Positions 9,970 through 18,841 of a stretch of DNA of 64,000 bases are shown here, piece by piece. The DNA is taken from positions 4,832-68,831 of the forward strand of contig VGWC01000002.1 in NCBI GenBank assembly GCA_016873775.1, read 5' to 3'. Within the stretch, counting starts at the first letter, position 1; the number at the start of each line of letters is the position of its first letter. The stretch is from Ignavibacteria bacterium. Its GTDB lineage: Bacteria > Bacteroidota > Ignavibacteria > UBA10030 > F1-140-MAGs086. A program made the translations under genes and the position numbers. The notes below the pieces were generated by a model. It saw nothing but the letters and a program-made list of their open reading frames with translations. It was not told where the DNA came from and did not search any database.

Positions 9970-10824
9970 ATGAAAATCATTTCTTCAATTTCCGAAATGC
10001 AATCGCTTTCTGGATCGTTACGATTGAAAGAAAAGAAAATTGCTGTTGTTCCGACGATGGGCTCATTACACGAAGGTCATCTTTCGCTTATTCGCATCGC
10101 AAAACAAAACGCTGATATCGTTATCGCAACAATTTTCGTCAATCCCGTGCAATTCTCACCAAACGAAGATTTCAATAAATATCCGCGAAACATTGAACGA
10201 GATATTGCATTGATTCAAAAGGAAAATGCTGACGTTGTGTTCACTCCTTCACTTGAGGAAATCTATCCAAAGAATTTTGAAACGTATGTAACAACAGAAA
10301 AATCAAGCACCGTTCTCGAAGGAAAGTTTCGTCCGACACATTTCAAAGGTGTTACGACAATAGTTGCAAAACTTTTCAATATTACGAAACCGCACGTCGC
10401 AATCTTCGGACAAAAAGATGCACAGCAAGTTTTCATTATTCAAAAAATGATACGCGATTTGAATTTCGATATTCACATCGTTGTTGCGCCGATTGTTCGG
10501 GAACACGATGGACTTGCAATGAGTTCGCGCAATGTGTATTTGAATGTACAAGAACGAAATGATGCGACTGTTGTTTTTCAATCTCTTCAGTATGCGGAAC
10601 AATTAATTACAAACGGTGAATTCAATACTTTTTCTATAAAAAACGCAATGAAGAAAATGATTTCTTCAAAACGAACAGTAACAGAAATTGATTACATTTC
10701 GATTGCAAACGCAGAAACGCTGGATGAACTCGACATGATTCTTCTAAATAGTAAAACACTCATTTCACTCGCCGTTCGACTTGAGAATACTCGGCTCATT
10801 GATAATATTGTTATTGGGAATTAG
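9970..10824 (+). CDS. panC: Pantoate--beta-alanine ligase
   Basis: VPTMGSLHEGHLSLI is the HIGH-type motif with the conserved PanC start. The upstream 60 codons of the long ORF (from 9787) are low-complexity N/Y-rich and were rejected. Confidence 0.85.
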   Translation: MKIISSISEMQSLSGSLRLKEKKIAVVPTMGSLHEGHLSLIRIAKQNADIVIATIFVNPVQFSPNEDFNKYPRNIERDIALIQKENADVVFTPSLEEIYPKNFETYVTTEKSSTVLEGKFRPTHFKGVTTIVAKLFNITKPHVAIFGQKDAQQVFIIQKMIRDLNFDIHIVVAPIVREHDGLAMSSRNVYLNVQERNDATVVFQSLQYAEQLITNGEFNTFSIKNAMKKMISSKRTVTEIDYISIANAETLDELDMILLNSKTLISLAVRLENTRLIDNIVIGN

Positions 10825-10825
10825 T

Positions 10826-10890
10826 CATTTGTCATTCGTAACTTTACTAATGACAAATTACCAATGACGAATGACATGTATATTCAGGAA
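10826..10890. repeat. Palindromic intergenic element containing the 17-mer AATGACAAATTACCAAT
   Basis: The sequence is gtcatttgtcattcgtaactttactaatgacaaattaccaatgacgaatgacatg. The 17-mer is identical at 39011-39027 and has one mismatch at 59660-59676. Confidence 0.6.
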
Positions 10891-10913
10891 CTAAATTACG
10901 ATTCTAAATAAAC

Positions 10914-11672
10914 TTGAAACTCGAAACTCAGAACTCAAAACTTTGTGTAGCAATTCTCGCTGCGGGAAAAGGCAAGCGAATGTTGAATCCCGATAAAGCG
11001 AAAGTGATGTTCGAACTTAACGGCAAACCAATGCTGGGTTACGTTGTTGAAACCGCGCAACAACTTTCTCCGCAAAAAATTATTCTTATTGTCGGTTGGC
11101 AAAAAGATTCAGTGATTGAATATGTTTCTTCCATTCGAAAAGAAATAATTTTTGTTGAACAGAAAGAGCAACTTGGAACGGGACATGCAATAATGCAAAT
11201 TGAAAAAGCGCTGAATAATTTTGATGGAAACGTTCTCGTGCTTTCCGGCGATGTTCCTTTGCTTTCTATTTCCACATTGCAAATACTGCTTCAAACGCAT
11301 ATAAGAACAAATGCGATTGCAACAATTCTCGCTGCACAAATTGAAAATCCATTTGGTTACGGAAGAATAATTCACAATGAAAACGGAAGCGTGCAAAAAA
11401 TTGTAGAAGAAAAAGACGCGAACAATGAAGAAAAAAAAGTGAACGAAATAAATTCCGGAATTTATCTTTTCAATAAAGAATACTTGTTTGATGCTTTGAA
11501 AGAAATTACTCCGAATAATTCACAGCAAGAATATTATCTCACCGATGTGTTTCATTATTTTTGGAAACACAATTTGAAAGTTGCTGCAGTGAGAGCAAAT
11601 AATCCGAAAGAAATTCTGGGCGTAAATAACGTTGACGATTTGAAACAACTCGAACTATTGATGCGGGGATAA
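10914..11672 (+). CDS. Sugar-phosphate nucleotidyltransferase (GlmU N-terminal-like)
   Basis: LAAGKGKRM matches the nucleotidyltransferase GxGxR(M/L) motif, and the fold continues with VVGW, LGTGHA and LSGDVPLL. The TTG start lies inside a heptamer repeat, so the true start is uncertain. Confidence 0.6.
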   Translation: MKLETQNSKLCVAILAAGKGKRMLNPDKAKVMFELNGKPMLGYVVETAQQLSPQKIILIVGWQKDSVIEYVSSIRKEIIFVEQKEQLGTGHAIMQIEKALNNFDGNVLVLSGDVPLLSISTLQILLQTHIRTNAIATILAAQIENPFGYGRIIHNENGSVQKIVEEKDANNEEKKVNEINSGIYLFNKEYLFDALKEITPNNSQQEYYLTDVFHYFWKHNLKVAAVRANNPKEILGVNNVDDLKQLELLMRG

Positions 11673-11677
11673 TTTTT

Positions 11678-12565
11678 ATGGACAAACAACACGCTCAAAA
11701 TACGTGGACGATTCTTTCACTAATGAATTGGGCAACGAAATATCTGCAAGAACGCAATTTTGAAAATCCACGTTTGAATGTTGAACTTCTTCTCTCCCAT
11801 TCTCTTCAACTTTCCCGCGTTCAACTTTATACGTGTTTTGAAAAACCGCTTTCGAAAGATGAACTCGCACAGTTTAAACAACTTTTTCAAAAACGATTAC
11901 AACACGAACCGCTTCAATACATTCTCGGCGAAACGGAATTTTTTGGATTGAAATTTTTCACTGATGCGCGCGCGTTCATTCCTCGTCCCGAAACGGAAAT
12001 TCTTATTGAAGAAGTAATAAACTTTTGCAAAGTATTTTCAGAAAACGAGCAGATAAATATTCTCGATATCGGAACGGGAAGCGGAAATATTTCAATCTCA
12101 CTTGCTAAACATATTTCTAATGCAAGAATTACTTCGATAGATATAAGTAAAGATGCTATTGATATTGCAACAGAAAATGCTAAGCGAAATGCAGTAGAAA
12201 ACAACATTGAATTTATCCTTGATGACATTTTTAATCTGCAATCGAAAATCGACAAACATACGTTTAACATTCTCGTTTCCAATCCACCGTACATTTCAAA
12301 AAACGAATTTGAAACATTACAACCGGAAATACAACTCTTCGAACCAAGAATTGCAACAACTGATGAAACTGATGGACTATCTTTCTACAAACGAATTGCA
12401 GAACTTGAAGGCGTATGTTTGAGCAAGCACGGATTGATTGCGGTTGAAATTGCATACAATCAATGTGCGCAAGTAAAAAATATTTTTACTCATACCGGAT
12501 ACAAAAACATTTCTACAAGAACAGATTACAACGGAATCGAACGAGTGGTGATTTGCAACAACTGA
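11678..12565 (+). CDS. prmC: Release-factor glutamine methyltransferase
   Basis: LVSNPPYIS is the NPPY motif and ILDIGTGSGNI is SAM motif I. The N-terminal domain resembles the HemK N-terminus. Confidence 0.85.
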   Translation: MDKQHAQNTWTILSLMNWATKYLQERNFENPRLNVELLLSHSLQLSRVQLYTCFEKPLSKDELAQFKQLFQKRLQHEPLQYILGETEFFGLKFFTDARAFIPRPETEILIEEVINFCKVFSENEQINILDIGTGSGNISISLAKHISNARITSIDISKDAIDIATENAKRNAVENNIEFILDDIFNLQSKIDKHTFNILVSNPPYISKNEFETLQPEIQLFEPRIATTDETDGLSFYKRIAELEGVCLSKHGLIAVEIAYNQCAQVKNIFTHTGYKNISTRTDYNGIERVVICNN

Positions 12566-12610
12566 TAACAATTATTACAAACTCTATTATCCACGAGCGT
12601 AATCTTTTCT

Positions 12611-13159
12611 TTGTATATTTTCTCCGAAAATTTTTCGATGGAATTACGCAGTTCACAAATCGCAGTTTATTTTTTTGCAATCGGATTAGTGCTTTGGCTT
12701 GGAGGAATCATCATTCGTGGAGTTATTAGCAACGAACTTCTTCAAGCGGGAACTCTTGAATTCAAGCCGAACATCAATCCAAGCGCAGAGCGAACAATAT
12801 ATTCCCTCATCGCAAACGCAACTACTGTCGTTCTGCTGGGATATATCGTAACGTGGATTTCCGGAATTATTTTCTTACTCACAACAACACTTTCACCCAA
12901 AGAACATGGGTGGCTAATGATGTCTGCAATTTTTCTGTACTTTTTTACTCCCGTAGAAATTTATACGTTCTACCTCGATATTCAAATGATGATGATGAAT
13001 TTTTATGGTTCCAATGATTTAACAGAATACCGAAAACTGCTGATTCACCGGCTTGGTGCGCTTTCAGGAGTGCCGTTTATTGCACTTCTCTGTTACTTTA
13101 CATTGCTTGGTTGCATCGTGTTTCAGCCGTTGCGAAAACACATTTCCGCTGAAGAATAA
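12611..13159 (+). CDS. Hypothetical integral membrane protein
   Basis: Four to five hydrophobic segments and no recognisable motif. The start is ambiguous between 12611 and 12638. Confidence 0.4.
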   Translation: MYIFSENFSMELRSSQIAVYFFAIGLVLWLGGIIIRGVISNELLQAGTLEFKPNINPSAERTIYSLIANATTVVLLGYIVTWISGIIFLLTTTLSPKEHGWLMMSAIFLYFFTPVEIYTFYLDIQMMMMNFYGSNDLTEYRKLLIHRLGALSGVPFIALLCYFTLLGCIVFQPLRKHISAEE

Positions 13160-13180
13160 TTTCCTTTTCATTGTACCTCT

Positions 13181-13453
13181 ATGACACCCGAAGAATTCCT
13201 TACTGAATTACAATCGCTCGCAAAACAATTGCAAATCACCGTTCGTTTTGAAAAAGGAGATTTTACCGGAGGATATTGCATTATCAAACAACAACGAACA
13301 ATTCTTGCAAATAAAAAACTTCCGTTACAAAAAAAACTCAACGTTCTCGCACAAGGATTATCGGAAATCGGACTCGAAGAAATTTACTTAAAACCGTTAC
13401 TTCGAGAATTTATTGACGACGAAGTTGCAAAAGCGAAAAAGAATTTCCAATGA
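13181..13453 (+). CDS. Hypothetical small protein (90 aa)
   Basis: Compact ORF tightly spaced in a co-directional operon. Its stop overlaps the start of the downstream HAD gene in ATGA fashion. Confidence 0.4.
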   Translation: MTPEEFLTELQSLAKQLQITVRFEKGDFTGGYCIIKQQRTILANKKLPLQKKLNVLAQGLSEIGLEEIYLKPLLREFIDDEVAKAKKNFQ

Positions 13454-14148
13454 TACGCGCAATCATTTTTGATTTGGATAATACGCTTGTAGATTTTATG
13501 GCAATGAAGCGCATTGCTGTTGATGCCGCAATTACCGCAATGATTGATGCAGGACTTACTCTCTCACGCGAAGAAATTCTTGAAAAAATCAATCTCATCT
13601 ACAATGAAAAAGGAATGGAATATCAACACGTTTTTGACACACTTCTATACGAACAATTTCAAAAAGTGGATTACAAAATTCTTTCCGCAGGAATTATTGC
13701 CTATCGAAAAGCGCGAGAAGCATCACTTGTTCCGTATCCTCACATAACATCAACGCTGTTCGAATTATTAAAACAACAACTCAAACTCGCGGTAGTTTCC
13801 GACGCGCCGAAACGTGAGGCGTGGCTGCGACTTTCATACTTAAATTTTGCACACGTTTTTGATTTCGTCATAACGTTCGAAGACACAGGCGAACGAAAAC
13901 CCAATCCTGGTCCTTTTTTGAAAGCGTTAGAACTTCTCAACGTAAACGCAAACGAAGCAATAATGGTTGGAGATTGGGCGGAACGCGATATGGTAGGCGC
14001 CGCAAACGTTGGAATGAAAACGGTCTTTGCGCGCTACGGTGACGCGTTCGGAACAGTTGAAGCCCAAGCGGATTATGAGATAACTGATATTCGGCAGTTG
14101 CTCGATATTATTGAAAAAGAAAATGCACTTTCTTTCGGCAATGATTGA
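13450..14148 (+). CDS. HAD-superfamily hydrolase (subfamily IA, phosphatase-like)
   Basis: IIFDLDNTL is HAD motif I. VVSDAPKRE/K and MVGDWAERDMVGAANVGM are motifs III and IV. Confidence 0.75.
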   Translation: MIRAIIFDLDNTLVDFMAMKRIAVDAAITAMIDAGLTLSREEILEKINLIYNEKGMEYQHVFDTLLYEQFQKVDYKILSAGIIAYRKAREASLVPYPHITSTLFELLKQQLKLAVVSDAPKREAWLRLSYLNFAHVFDFVITFEDTGERKPNPGPFLKALELLNVNANEAIMVGDWAERDMVGAANVGMKTVFARYGDAFGTVEAQADYEITDIRQLLDIIEKENALSFGND

Positions 14149-14509
14149 TGGTATTGGCGTTGACGTTCTTGATTTGAAACGTTTGGAGCGCATATTGAAA
14201 CAATGGGGAAATATTTTTCACGAAAAAATTCTGACGGAAAAAGAAATTGCGTATTGTCTATCGAAGCAAAATTCCGCACAGCACATTGCCGCACGATTTG
14301 CCGCGAAAGAAGCAATTGCAAAATCATTCTCTTTCGGATGGCGAGGCGTTTTTCGTTGGAAAGATATTGAAATCATCAACGATGAATCGGGAAAACCTCA
14401 CGTATTCCTTGCTAACAAATTGCAGAATCTCTTAGCAGATAGAAAAATTCATCTCTCTCTTTCACATTCCGAGACAACCGTCATTGCATTTGCAGTAATT
14501 GAGAAATGA
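14141..14509 (+). CDS. acpS: Holo-[acyl-carrier-protein] synthase
   Basis: MIDGIGVDVLDLKRLE and FAAKEAIAKSF...WKDIEI are AcpS motifs. The ATGATTGA overlap with the HAD gene stop supports the start at 14141. Confidence 0.8.
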   Translation: MIDGIGVDVLDLKRLERILKQWGNIFHEKILTEKEIAYCLSKQNSAQHIAARFAAKEAIAKSFSFGWRGVFRWKDIEIINDESGKPHVFLANKLQNLLADRKIHLSLSHSETTVIAFAVIEK

Positions 14510-14722
14510 AAAAGTTGAACGATGTGAATACATTCTTGGTGGTTATTCTGCATTTCAAATGAAACACATTTTATTGATTCTCAAAAAAAATAATTTCTAT
14601 ACTTTCACGTAATTTTTTGAATTCAGTATTTTATGAAAGATAATATTCTATATCGTATGGGCTTGTTCGCTTAACTATATCAGTGGTAGTTATTCCGAAT
14701 CACATTGTGTTCTATGAATAGT

Positions 14723-15184
14723 TCAATTTAAATTTCTTAAAAAGTCTTTCAGCAATATGAAACTCCTGAATATTTTCGTACAACATCCCAACACCCAACC
14801 GGGAATTTCTTGTAAAGACATTTCTGAAATGAGATAGACTGGTTTCCCAAAATATTTTGCAAGCGTAAGTTCACCTTTTGTTCCCGCACCTTTTGCTGCG
14901 CTTTCATCCCAATAGCAAATTACATAATCACTTCGCTTTACAATTTCCTCGCAATCAATTTCAACAAGTTCACGAACAATTTCCGTATAACGTTCGATGT
15001 TGTCAAATTTCAGTTTGCGGAAATCTACGTTGTTGTATTTTGTTGCAAACAGTTCTTTGCTTTTTTCTGTCGGATTGAAAACTTCGTGATGTAATTCTTG
15101 TTCGAGAAATCGTTGCAGTTCTTCTCGCCAATCGCCACCATCGTTAGTAGCGTATTCCATTCCGCCGGAGAGATACACATTCAT
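14723..15184 (-). CDS. YtoQ / nucleoside 2-deoxyribosyltransferase-like (SLOG/LOG superfamily) protein
   Basis: N-terminal VYLSGGMEY...DWREE matches the YtoQ-type YLAGEIH..WRE pattern. GAGTKGELTLAKYFGKPVYLI parallels the LOG PGGxGTxEEL...KPV.LL motif. The gene is isolated between two roughly 200-bp non-coding regions. Confidence 0.5.
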   Translation of the reverse strand: MNVYLSGGMEYATNDGGDWREELQRFLEQELHHEVFNPTEKSKELFATKYNNVDFRKLKFDNIERYTEIVRELVEIDCEEIVKRSDYVICYWDESAAKGAGTKGELTLAKYFGKPVYLISEMSLQEIPGWVLGCCTKIFRSFILLKDFLRNLN

Positions 15185-15382
15185 AGTTGTTTGTTATTCG
15201 TTAATAGTAATTTGTTATTTGATGTTTCTATTTTCTAACCGCAGAGTTCACAAAGTTTATCGCAAAGTCCACGAAGTAAAATTTTTATCTCTGCGAAACT
15301 TTGCGCCAAACTCTGCGTTACTTCGCGGTTAAATACACACATTGAATACTTTCAATTAACTATTAACTAATAACAGATAACT

Positions 15383-16933
15383 TTATTCATTCGTCACAGA
15401 AATAAATTCTCTCTCAATCGTATGAACAATTTCCTTCAATGTTTCAATATCGAAAGAAATATCTCTATCCTTATCAACGAATGGAATGCCAAGCCCGTTA
15501 CGAATCATTTCGAAAAAGTTTTTCGTTCCTTCACCAAGTTGCGCTTTCGGATTTTGTCGCAAACGAAAATCAATCGCTTGACACGAGCAGAGAATTTCAA
15601 TCGCAATAATGTATTCAACATTGGAAACAACTTCTGCCGCGTGGCGTGCAGCAATTGTTCCCATCGAGTTGTGGTCTTCCTGATTCGCAGAAGTCGGAAT
15701 TGAATCACCGCTTGCGGGATGAATGAGAACTTTGTTTTCGGAAACGAGGGAAGCAGCAGTATATTGCGCAATCATCAAACCGGATTGAACGCCGCCATCA
15801 ACACACAGAAACGCAGGTAAACCGTTATTATGATTTTTGTCGAGAAGTTTTGCAATGCGACGTTCGGAAATATTTCCAAGTTCGGCAATTGCAAGTTTTA
15901 AGAAATCTAATGCAAGTGCGAGCGGTTGTCCGTGAAAATTTCCTGCGCTGACAACTTCATTTTCATCAGCAAAAATATGCGGATTATCGGTAACGGAATT
16001 AAGTTCGATTTCGATGATTGCTTGCACATACGAAAGCGCATCGAACGTTGCTCCGTGAACTTGAGGAATACATCGCAGCGAATACGAGTCTTGAATTTTA
16101 TCGTTCGTGTCGTCATCAACGCAATCGAGCAATGAACTTCCGCTTGTAAATTCCCGAATCATATTCGCAACAAATTGCTGTCCAACATACGGACGAAGTT
16201 TTTGCACATTTGACTGAAACGGAGAACTCTTTCCTTTCAATGCTTCAAGCGATAACGATGCAGCGACGTTTGCTAACTTAAAAAGATTTTTTGCATCGCC
16301 AAGTGCAAGCGTTCCGACTGCGAGCATTGCTTGTGTTCCATTCAACAACGCAAGCCCTTCTTTCGCTTGAAGTATGAGCGGCGGAATTTTCATTTGCTCC
16401 AACGCTTCTTTTCCCGTTACAACTTCGCCATATTCACCGATTGCAGCCCAACCTTCGCCAATCATTACCGAAGCGATATGCGAAAGCGGAGCCAAATCTC
16501 CACTAGAACCAACAGAACCTTTCGACGGGACAACGGGATGAACTTGTTTATTCAACATTGCGAGCAGCATTTCGACAACTTCAACACGTACACCGGAATA
16601 TCCCGCCGCAAGCGCATTCGCTCGAAGCAATATCATCGCGCGTACAACTTCATCGGGAAATGGTTCGCCAACTCCCGCGCAATGACTCAACACAAGATTC
16701 CGCTGTAATTCCTCAACTTGATTTTGTTGCAAACGAACATTTTGAAATGCGCCGAACCCCGTCGTAACTCCATACACGCTTTTATTTTGCTTCACTGCAT
16801 CTTCAATCCATTTTCGAGAAGCAAGCATTTTCTTTTTTGCAGATGGAGAAAGCGTTACTTCCTGAAAATTTCTTGCAACGGAGAAAATATTTTCGATGGT
16901 GAGTGATGTGCCGGTGAGTTCGAGTGGAGACAT
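15383..16933 (-). CDS. hutH: Histidine ammonia-lyase
   Basis: GSVGSSGDLAPLSH is the MIO-forming triad region, here Ser-Ser-Gly. LSHCAGVG carries the Ser-His selectivity pair of HALs. TGFG is at the N-terminus. Length is 516 aa. Confidence 0.85.
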   Translation of the reverse strand: MSPLELTGTSLTIENIFSVARNFQEVTLSPSAKKKMLASRKWIEDAVKQNKSVYGVTTGFGAFQNVRLQQNQVEELQRNLVLSHCAGVGEPFPDEVVRAMILLRANALAAGYSGVRVEVVEMLLAMLNKQVHPVVPSKGSVGSSGDLAPLSHIASVMIGEGWAAIGEYGEVVTGKEALEQMKIPPLILQAKEGLALLNGTQAMLAVGTLALGDAKNLFKLANVAASLSLEALKGKSSPFQSNVQKLRPYVGQQFVANMIREFTSGSSLLDCVDDDTNDKIQDSYSLRCIPQVHGATFDALSYVQAIIEIELNSVTDNPHIFADENEVVSAGNFHGQPLALALDFLKLAIAELGNISERRIAKLLDKNHNNGLPAFLCVDGGVQSGLMIAQYTAASLVSENKVLIHPASGDSIPTSANQEDHNSMGTIAARHAAEVVSNVEYIIAIEILCSCQAIDFRLRQNPKAQLGEGTKNFFEMIRNGLGIPFVDKDRDISFDIETLKEIVHTIEREFISVTNE

Positions 16934-16992
16934 AGTTGTTGTTTGTTAACGGTTATTAGTTCATTGATGTAATACAAGAAATATTTTTTTTA

Positions 16993-17087
16993 GAAAATAG
17001 AATACAGATGTCACGGATTTTGCTAATGTTCACTGATTCCTTTATCTTCGAATAATCTGTTGTATCAGCGTCATCCGTGTTCTATTT
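16993..17087. repeat. Inverted-repeat (MITE-like) element, AAATAGAACAC..GATGA family
   Basis: The left arm is aaaatagaatacagatgtcacggatttt and the right arm is atcagcgtcatccgtgttctattt, which is its reverse complement. Sibling copies are at 48124-48217 and 59559-59655. Confidence 0.6.
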
Positions 17088-17181
17088 CTTACTTTAACAT
17101 AACTTCAGTCAGTTCAAATGAATTAACGGTACTACAATTAACTGATAACATATAACAATTAACATAATAACGATTTTGCTT

Positions 17182-18603
17182 TTATTTCAACAATGATTGA
17201 ATTGAAGAAAGAAGTTGAGGACGAGAAACAACAACTTGCGCTTGCTTTGTCGCTTTGATGTATTCTTCTTTGTTCGATGCATCAACATTTTTTCCAGCTC
17301 GTAAATCTTTTAACGTAACTTCGTTCTTTTCAAATTCGTTTGAGCCGATAATAACGGCAAGCGGAATTTGCATTTTGTTGGCGTATTGCAATTGCTTCCC
17401 CAATCCTTTTTCTTCTCCGAGATAAAGTTCCGTGTTAATACCGGCGCTGCGTAATTCACGGGTAAGTTGTTGGTAATCGAGCATTTTATCTTTTTCCATC
17501 ACTGTTACAAGCACATGCGCAGTGGAAGAAACAGTTTCAAGTCGCTCAAGTTTTTGTAACGCGGCAAGCAATCTATCAATTCCTGTTGATGCGCCAACTG
17601 CGGGAATATTTTTCCCGAGAAATCGCTGCACTAAATCGTCATAGCGTCCTCCTCCAAAAACAGAACCAAATTCCGGTGCATCGAGTAATATTGCTTCAAA
17701 CACAGGTCCGGTGTAATAATCTAATCCGCGAGCAAGAGAAAAATCAATCGTAATTTTTTCGTCGGAAAGTTTGAGCGCATCGAGAGAAGAACATATTTCT
17801 TTTAACTCGTTGATTCCTTCTTGTGCAGAAGATACATTGGTAAAGAGACGTTCAATGTTAACAAGCGATTCGTTTCTTGTCGCGTTTGGTAAATCAAGGA
17901 ACTGTTTTATTTTTGTAACGCTCTCATCATTTAGTCCAAGTCCACGAATGGTATCGCCCGACACATCAACTCTTCCTTCCGTTAATTCCAATGCAACTTC
18001 ATCGAAACTAATTTTATCGAGTTTATCAAGAATACGAAAAACATTTTTTCCTAATCCCTGAGGTACGTTCGCAAAATCTAAAAGTGCATTGAGTATTTTT
18101 CTATTGCTGAATCGCAGACGAAATCGCTCAATTCCCAAAGCAGAGAGAACATCGTACATCCCGCAAAGTATTTCAGTATCTGCCGCCATTGAAGAACTTC
18201 CAACTGTATCTAAATCAAATTGAATGAATTCTCGAAATCTTCCCGGGTCAGGTTTATCTGCTCTCCAAACTGGTGCAACATGATAGCGACGAAATGGTTT
18301 CGGTAATTCGGAATATTGAGATACTACGCGAGCGAGTGGGACAGTTAAATCGAATCGTAATGCAATGTCTTCTCCCTCTGGGATTTTTGAACGGAAAATA
18401 TTTTTAGATGTATCACCGTGCCCAACCAATGTTTCAACATATTCTAACGCCGGTGTATCAAGGGGAACAAATCCATATCGCTCAAAAACTGTTCGCACGG
18501 TTTCGATAATTTTTCTTCGTGCGATAACTGTTTCGGGAAGATAATCGCGCATTCCTTTAACAGTGCGAGGTTCGATTATTTTATTTTGGTTTTCGTTCGA
18601 CAT
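17182..18603 (-). CDS. hisS: Histidine--tRNA ligase
   Basis: VKGMRDYLPE is the class II aaRS motif, with GGRYD and the anticodon-binding C-terminus. The start is chosen at Met 18603 (MSNENQ...) because the further-upstream Mets lie in repeat DNA. Confidence 0.9.
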   Translation of the reverse strand: MSNENQNKIIEPRTVKGMRDYLPETVIARRKIIETVRTVFERYGFVPLDTPALEYVETLVGHGDTSKNIFRSKIPEGEDIALRFDLTVPLARVVSQYSELPKPFRRYHVAPVWRADKPDPGRFREFIQFDLDTVGSSSMAADTEILCGMYDVLSALGIERFRLRFSNRKILNALLDFANVPQGLGKNVFRILDKLDKISFDEVALELTEGRVDVSGDTIRGLGLNDESVTKIKQFLDLPNATRNESLVNIERLFTNVSSAQEGINELKEICSSLDALKLSDEKITIDFSLARGLDYYTGPVFEAILLDAPEFGSVFGGGRYDDLVQRFLGKNIPAVGASTGIDRLLAALQKLERLETVSSTAHVLVTVMEKDKMLDYQQLTRELRSAGINTELYLGEEKGLGKQLQYANKMQIPLAVIIGSNEFEKNEVTLKDLRAGKNVDASNKEEYIKATKQAQVVVSRPQLLSSIQSLLK

Positions 18604-18652
18604 AAAATAGAATTTTACATTTGACATTTTATATTTTAGATTGAAACAAAAT

Positions 18653-18674
18653 TGTAAAATGTTCAATATAAAAT
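18653..18674 (-). promoter_or_regulatory. 22-nt motif TGTAAAATGTTCAATATAAAAT in the hisS leader, with an exact second copy at 21963-21984
   Basis: Exact 22-mer duplicate seen directly. On the coding (minus) strand it reads ATTTTATATTGAACATTTTACA, followed 40-50 nt later by ATCTAAAAT.TAAAAT and then the ATG. Confidence 0.5.
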
Positions 18675-18730
18675 GTAAAAAAAAATGTCGGTTTCGAACT
18701 CACCTAGAGACGACAACTGACACTTGAAAG

Positions 18731-18804
18731 TACTGATGACTGGATTCGAACCGGTGACCCTCAGATCCACAATCTGATGCTCTAACCAACTGAGCTACAT
18801 CAGC
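18731..18804 (-). tRNA. tRNA-His (anticodon GTG), atypical: A73, no encoded G-1, G1-U72
   Basis: Manual cloverleaf. Acceptor GCTGATG/CATCAGT, D-arm GCTC-AGTTGGTTA-GAGC, anticodon stem TCAGA/TCTGA with loop TTGTGGA, T-arm ACCGG-TTCGAAT-CCAGT. No CCA is encoded. It lies 49 nt upstream of hisS on the same strand. Confidence 0.7.
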
Positions 18805-18841
18805 ATTTAAAAAAAATTTTCGGGAAAAATATAGCAAATCT

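Noticed and set aside
15422-16906. Plus-strand ORFs inside hutH (15422-15703, 15926-16135, 16331-16708, 16558-16767, 16718-16906)
   Set aside because: They are antisense to a confidently identified 516-aa HutH. Their translations are Arg/Asn-rich nonsense.
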